A stretch of 64,000 bases of DNA from Podarcis tiliguerta (Eukaryota): the NCBI GenBank assembly GCA_965153285.1, contig OZ229112.1; one strand, written 5' to 3'. Below the pieces are notes generated by a model. That model had not been told where the DNA came from. It made no database searches and was given only the letters and a program-made list of their open reading frames with translations. Shown here in pieces: positions 58,170 through 64,000 of the stretch. The position numbers and the translations under genes are program-made. Each line of letters begins with the position of its first letter. The stretch's first letter is position 1.

Positions 58170-58990
58170 CGACGAGGACACGGTCGGAATCAGATCCCCC
58201 GACTGGAGTCCGGAATTGCCCCATTCGGACCGCGGGAGGGCTGCTCTACTCTTTCTCGCCTCTATTCTCTCCGCGCGCGCGGTGCCTGACGGGAATGGTA
58301 GTTTCGCGGAGGGAGGAAGAGCGGGCGCCGCCGATGACGTCCGCTACGTCGCCCTGCGCGCCTCCCGGCAGGCTTTGCGGCTGCCGGCGCTGGAAGAGCG
58401 GCGCGAGGCGGCCAAGATGGCGGCTGAGGCTGAGGCTGAGGCGGCTCGGGCGGGAGGGCGGCTCGGCGGCAGGTGAGGCGGGCGAGGGGCGGGCGGGACG
58501 GGCGGAGGGCGGCAGGCCTCCCCTTCCCCGGAGGGGCCCAGGGCGCTCTGCCCGGGCTCAGAGGCACGCCGCCCGCCGCTTGGGCGCGGCGCTCTGCCCA
58601 TGCTCAGAGGCGCCCTTCTCCTTCCCGGCGCAGCGGAGCCCCCGCCCTGGACAGCCTGGTGTGCCGCCCGCCGCTGACGCCGTCGCTCTCGCCGCGGAAA
58701 CGGACCACGAGCCAGTCCAAGACGGAGCCGCCGCTGCTGCGGACCAGCAAGCGCACCATCTACACGGCCGGCCGCCCGCCCTGGTACAACGAGACCGGCA
58801 CCCCCTTCAAGGAGGCCTTCGTCATCGGTGAGCGGGGGGGACCCAGGCGTCCGGCGCCCACGGAGGGGGCTGCCAAGCCCAAGCGGGCCGCCCTCGCAAT
58901 TGCAGCACCTGCTGGGCTTTGGGGCGCCGTCTGTTGCGGGGGCGCCTTCCGCAGGGGGAGGGGGCTGGGGGCCGCCTGAGGACAAGGAGG
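58170..58990 (+). promoter_or_regulatory. CpG-island promoter of the UCKL1-family gene
   Basis: ZNF143/THAP11-type motif on the minus strand (AACTACCATTCCCGTCAGGC, 58284-58303), CRE half-site TGACGT at ~58336, and YY1 CAAGATGGCGGC overlapping the ATG at 58417. Confidence 0.75.
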
Positions 58991-61900
58991 GGGGCTGGAG
59001 GGATGGGAGACCCCGCCCAGTGCTTCCTGCATTTGCCTGCAGGGGAGGGGGCAGGGGGGTAGCTCTTTTCGGGGGTCTTCCCCCTCCCTTTGTTCCCTCT
59101 TGCCTGCTGAGTCACCCGATTGCTTCCTGGCAGTCAGAGCGGCACAGATGACGTCAGAACGCCCTTTCCTTGGGTGGGAAAGGTGCCTCATGCATTGCAG
59201 AGGGTTGGGCTAGATGACCCTTGGGGGTCCTTCTAGCACTACAGTTCTCTTGATTCTGTGTGTGCAGCTCTCTCCCTCTTGCCTTGGGCTGAGATGTGGC
59301 TCTTGTGCCGCGGAAGAGCTGGTCTTGGATCACCCCCCCCTGCAAGGCCACCAGAGCCTCTTGGCTTGCCCTCTGCAGCTGGGCCCCTCGGCTGAAGGCT
59401 CCCGGTATCTCACGGTCCTCCCTCTCTCTCAGGCTTGTGTGGTGGAAGTGCCTCGGGCAAGACCACGGTGGCCAACAAGATCATCGAAGCCCTGGATGTG
59501 CCTTGGGTGGTGCTGCTCTCCATGGACAGCTTCTACAAGGTGGGTGGGGTCTCCTGCCCAGCTCCAAGCCCAGATCTGGTTCCCCTCTGCCTCTCTGATA
59601 CGCCCCTCCCTCCCCCTGCGCTCTCCCAGGTGCTGAACAAGGACCAGCAGCAGCTGGCTGCCTGCAACGAGTACAACTTTGACCACCCCGATGCCTTTGA
59701 CTTTGACCTGCTGATCAGCGTCTTACGGAAGCTCAAGGAGGGCAAAAGTGTCAAAGTGCCCGTCTACGACTTCACCACGCACAGCCGGAGCAAGGAGTGG
59801 GTATGTGGGGCGAGACTGGGAAGAGGGAACTGAGGCCCCCTCCCTCAGTCTTTGCTGCGTCATTCCCTCAAGGCCCAAAGGAGCCGTCCTCCGTGAGGCT
59901 GGGCAGGAGCCACAAAGGGACCTGCGCTGTATTCCACAGCTGCAAGGAGTGGCACAGTTTGCTTGCGTTTACCTGAATCTGAAGTCAATTTGTGAGGGGA
60001 AGCAGGGAGCAGAAGCAGCGTTTCTGCAGTCAGGGCTGTTTTGAACCAAAAGACAGCTCTGCAGGTGGGTGGTGTCCCTGAGGCACTGCCAAGGTGTGCT
60101 GCTGTCTTCCTGCTGCTCTGGTCCCTTACAGCCGTGTCCCCCATCTGTGTCTGTCTGCTGTTGCCTCTGTCAGCCTGTGAAAGAGACGCTGAAACGCATT
60201 TGTTAAAAACAGGCCACTGCTGCAGCCCTGCTTGGGCCCAGCTACAAAACGCTGAATTCCCAGACTTTGTGTTGCTTCTGAAGCCCACTTAGGGTGAGGA
60301 AGGGAGCTCTTCTTCTGGGCTGCGGCCTCTGGGAAGGCTCCTCTATGTGTGATCGTCATCCTGGCATTGCCCCTCTCTCCTTTCACTGATCTATGGTAAT
60401 TTATTTATTTCCTGCCTTTGAGGATACAAATCCTTCGAAGGTGGCATATGACTAAAGTCAAAATACGATGATAAAATCAAAGTGACTGTCTTGAATTATA
60501 GTTCATCATGGTCCCAAAGGAGTGTGGGTGTCTGTAGATCCTGGCTGGAGCTGGAGGTGTGTGTGTTAAACTGGTAGAAGAGGAGATTCTGGTCTGCAGA
60601 AAGTTGCTTTTTTGGTTGGATGGACAGCATATTATTGAGTGCTCAGCGGGAGGGTAAACGCTCAGCAGCCTGAGATCCCTGAAGAGAACACAAAACAGGC
60701 CTTGTCTGTTGGTGTTGTAGGGACATCTTCTGGGGGTGGGTGAGCGGTGGGGGTTTGAGAGCAGAGGACGGATCTGTCAGGCATACGGAGGGAAGACATG
60801 CCAAGCAGAGCCGCTTTTGTTTTGAAATCAGTAGCAGAGGCTGCCCACCCCTTTCAATGAATATCTCCCCAAGGATGGTGCGCCAACTCTTTTTGTGTGG
60901 GTGTCTGTAGGGGTGAGGGAATGTGCACACTCCCATGTGCGGCTTTCCCTGGGGGGGCTCTTTGCCCCTTTGGGACCCAGGTGTATGTGGGACGGCAAGG
61001 CCCAGGAGGCAGCTGGTGGGACTGAGTCTGGGCTCTCTTGGGAGAGAGAGGTTGCCTTCCAGCCTGGAAGAGGCCAGGAGACCATCTCCTGGGTGGCTTG
61101 AAAAGAGGGTGGGACAAATTCACGGAGGGGAGGGCTGTCCGTGGCTACTAGCCAGGATGGAGGCAGCCGGGCTTCTCAATGGAAACCCCAGGAGGGCCGT
61201 GTGCTGCTTGTGGGTTTCCCTCAGCTGTTGAGCCACAGTGAGAACCGGATGCTGCAGTCAATGGGCCCCCATATGGCCTGATCCAGCCGGCTCTTCCGAG
61301 GTTCGTAGGGGTGCTGGGTGCTTCCCGGTTAGTCTGATGCATCCTTCCTCCTCTCTCTGCAGAAAACCATCTATGGGGCCAATGTGATTGTGTTTGAAGG
61401 GATCCTGGCCTTTGCCAACAAGGAGCTCCTACAGGTATGGAGAGAGGGGCTGCTCCAGGCAGGGGCTACCTTACAGGCCCTGTGGTGGGAGAGGAGCTGG
61501 GTGGGGGTCTCTTTGGGTGTCTGTATCCCAAACGTGTCTCCTTTGTGGGAGCCCCATTCAGGAGGCTGCCTCCCCGGGACCCACATTTGGGCTGGTCAGA
61601 GGGGGAGGCCTCTCCACAGAGGCCTGAGCCTCCCGCCCTCTTCCTCGCGACTCCTGCAGCTCCTGGACATGAAGGTGTTTGTGGACACCGACTCGGACAT
61701 TCGGCTGGTGCGGCGCCTGAAGAGGGACATCATGGAGCGCGGGCGAGAAGTGGCCGGCGTCATCAAGCAGTACAGCAAGTTTGTGAAGCCAGCCTTTGAG
61801 CAGTACATTGAGCCCACCATGCAGGCGGCGGACATTGTGGTGCCGCGAGGTGAGGAGGCCCACAGGGCCTGCGCAGGAGGCGGCTTTGTTCCCTGTGTCC

Positions 61901-63494
61901 CAGGAGGGCGTTGGGGGACACTGGGAGATTCCTCTGGAAAGGGGGGAGGTCTGGGTGGGCAGGATCTTTATCCCCTGGACCCCCCTCCCTCTGTGTTCAG
62001 GCTGGCTGCTGCACTCCTTCCTGCTCTTGGTTCTTTGCACAGGAGTCACCAATCCCACTTTGCAGCTGCCACCACTCAAACCTTGAAGGTGGAATTCAGC
62101 ATTAAACCTCTGCTAGGTTTCTGCAAGGCGTGTTGAGGCCTCCAACTGGGGTGGGTCTAAATGAGGATCAGGCAAAGGCATGGGGGGGGGCAGGTCAGGC
62201 TCTCCGTGGCACCTAGATGAGTTGGCTGTGGAACAGAGGCCCCCTGCCCCTGAATACACCTTGGCTGGAGATCCTGGGGGGGGGGGGGCTCATTCTCATC
62301 TCCTGCATGTGGGCGTCTCAAAGTGGCCCCTGGGAGAACAGAATGAGCCCCTGGCCCACTCTCTGTACCCGCAGTGTGGAGATAACTGCTGTAAAGGAGA
62401 GAGCTCTCAACTGCATTATATAAAGTATCTGCCAGTTGGGTACCGCAATACTTTACAAAACCATTCCCCCCCCCCCCCAATCATAGGAGACCTGAAAAAT
62501 CTCTGGGAGCTTCACCAAGGATTGATCTAATATCTGAGCCAAACAGAACCGGTTCATGTGCTGGGCAGGACCCTCTGGTGTGGCCAGCAGGGGCCAGAAG
62601 GTCACTGTAGGCATTTCAGAATATTTAGGAGCCCGTCTGCAAAGCGTCTTGGGATTGTGGAAGCAGGAACTCAAGATGTCCTGGTATCCCGGGAAGGAGA
62701 AGGGGCCGGGCCAAGATGCCACGTGGGCAAAGGAGCCGACCTCTCTCCCCTTTAGCCATTTCTCCATTGCTTCACACCACTTGGAAGCATGGTCTAAGCT
62801 GGTGCCCAGGGCCTCTCCTCTTTTAAAGCTGTCTAGGTTGGTAGCCATCGCTGCCTCCTGTGGAAGGGAGTTCCATAGTCTACTGGGCCCTGTGGGAAGG
62901 AGTCCTTTTCTTTTATCTGCCTTGGATCTCCCGGCATTCAGCTTCCCAGAGGAGAAAGTGCCAGAGCCAAAGTCTTTCTGACAGGCTCCTCTCCTCCCCC
63001 TTTGCTGTTTCTCCAGGTGGGGAGAACTTTGTGGCTCTGGATCTGATTGTCCAGCATGTGCACAGCCAGCTGGAGAAGGTGAGGAGGTCGGGGGGGGGGG
63101 GGCTTTGGGGCAGCATGGGGTGGGGGTGGGGACCTGTCTCCACTGCTGCTGGGTGGTCCACAGCCCCGTGCGGTCACTCTTCCTTCTTCTCATCACCCGC
63201 TTCTTGGCACCTCGGTCTGCCCTGCTCTCCTCACTGGGTGACCCTCTGGTCTCGGCCTGGTCCCGAAACCCTGGGCAGGTGCCCCCTGAACGAGGCTCAG
63301 TCCCGCGCTGAGCTGCCCCCAGTGACTGGGCCTGGGGTTGGGAGATGGGAAGCCTGGGGGGGGGGCAGAGCTGGGGGTGTGCAGTGACGGCTGTTCTGTG
63401 TTTCTCTCCACCTCCCCCCGCCCCCCCCATAATGACTCTGCTGCCTCCCGCTGTGGGCCACTCCTGCCACCGCTCAGCGCGAAATCACGGTCAG
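58417..63494 (+). CDS. Uridine-cytidine kinase-like 1 family protein (3' partial), probably a paralog of mammalian UCKL1
   Basis: Exons: 58417-58472, 58634-58827, 59433-59539, 59630-59800, 61363-61434, 61660-61849, 63017-63078, 63478-63494. The gene continues beyond the window. Motifs [34 protein letters not shown]-loop [53 protein letters not shown]. Confidence 0.92.
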
Positions 63495-64000
63495 GTATGA
63501 CGGCGGCCCTGAAGGAGCAGAGCTTGGACCCTCGCCTCCCCCCCCCCAACCCCCTTCCTGGTACTTTCCCAGCCACTCAGCAAGCCAGCCACGAGGAAGC
63601 AGGGGGGAGGGCTGGGCCCTGCAGCCGGGGGGGGGGGAGAAGGCAAGGAGGGGGTGCAGGTTGTCTGGGGAGGGGGCTAGACCACTTACTGGGGCTGCGT
63701 TGTGCTGCCAGGCCTTTCTGGCTGGTTCCCTCGGGGAGCAAGTCCCCTCCGCCTGCTTGTCTTTGGTGGGGCTGCTGATAGGCTTCCCCTTTGCATTCCT
63801 GGGGGAGCTCCAGCCCTCTTTAGGGCGCTTCTGCTTCGCCAGCCCCCCTCCCTGCTCTTTGAACCCTGCTTGCTGGGTGGCAGCATCTGTGTGGACCCTG
63901 CATTGCAGGGGACTGGACTAGATTCTACGTACGATTACCTGTTTGTCGGCTAAATTTCTTAGTCGCTTTATCTCGCCCAAGACCTGCAAGCACCAGAGCA

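Overview
Vertebrate genomic DNA, not prokaryotic. It is GC-rich and gene-dense with short introns. The repeat content (Sauria-type SINEs, BovB/RTE, CR1, L2, tRNA-derived SINEs, hAT and Tc1/mariner MITEs) indicates a squamate, probably a lacertid lizard (inference). I traced six spliced protein-coding genes by hand using GT-AG junctions and reading phase: ZNF513 (+, 5' part off-window), SNX17 (-), EIF2B4 (+, head-to-head with SNX17), GTF3C2 (+), SLC30A3/ZnT3 (-), and a uridine-cytidine kinase-like 1 family gene (+, runs off the 3' end). The first five belong to the block found at human 2p23.3. The most interesting item is the UCKL1-family gene, which by synteny and diagnostic residues looks like a second paralog (ohnolog) absent from the human locus. 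Other notable items: the rearranged GTF3C2-SLC30A3 junction, a hAT insertion whose target duplication overlaps an EIF2B4 splice donor, a solo LTR with a 6-bp TSD, a nearly intact CR1 ORF2, and several splicing and uORF oddities. Gene identities rest on my recall of human protein sequences; no database search was run.
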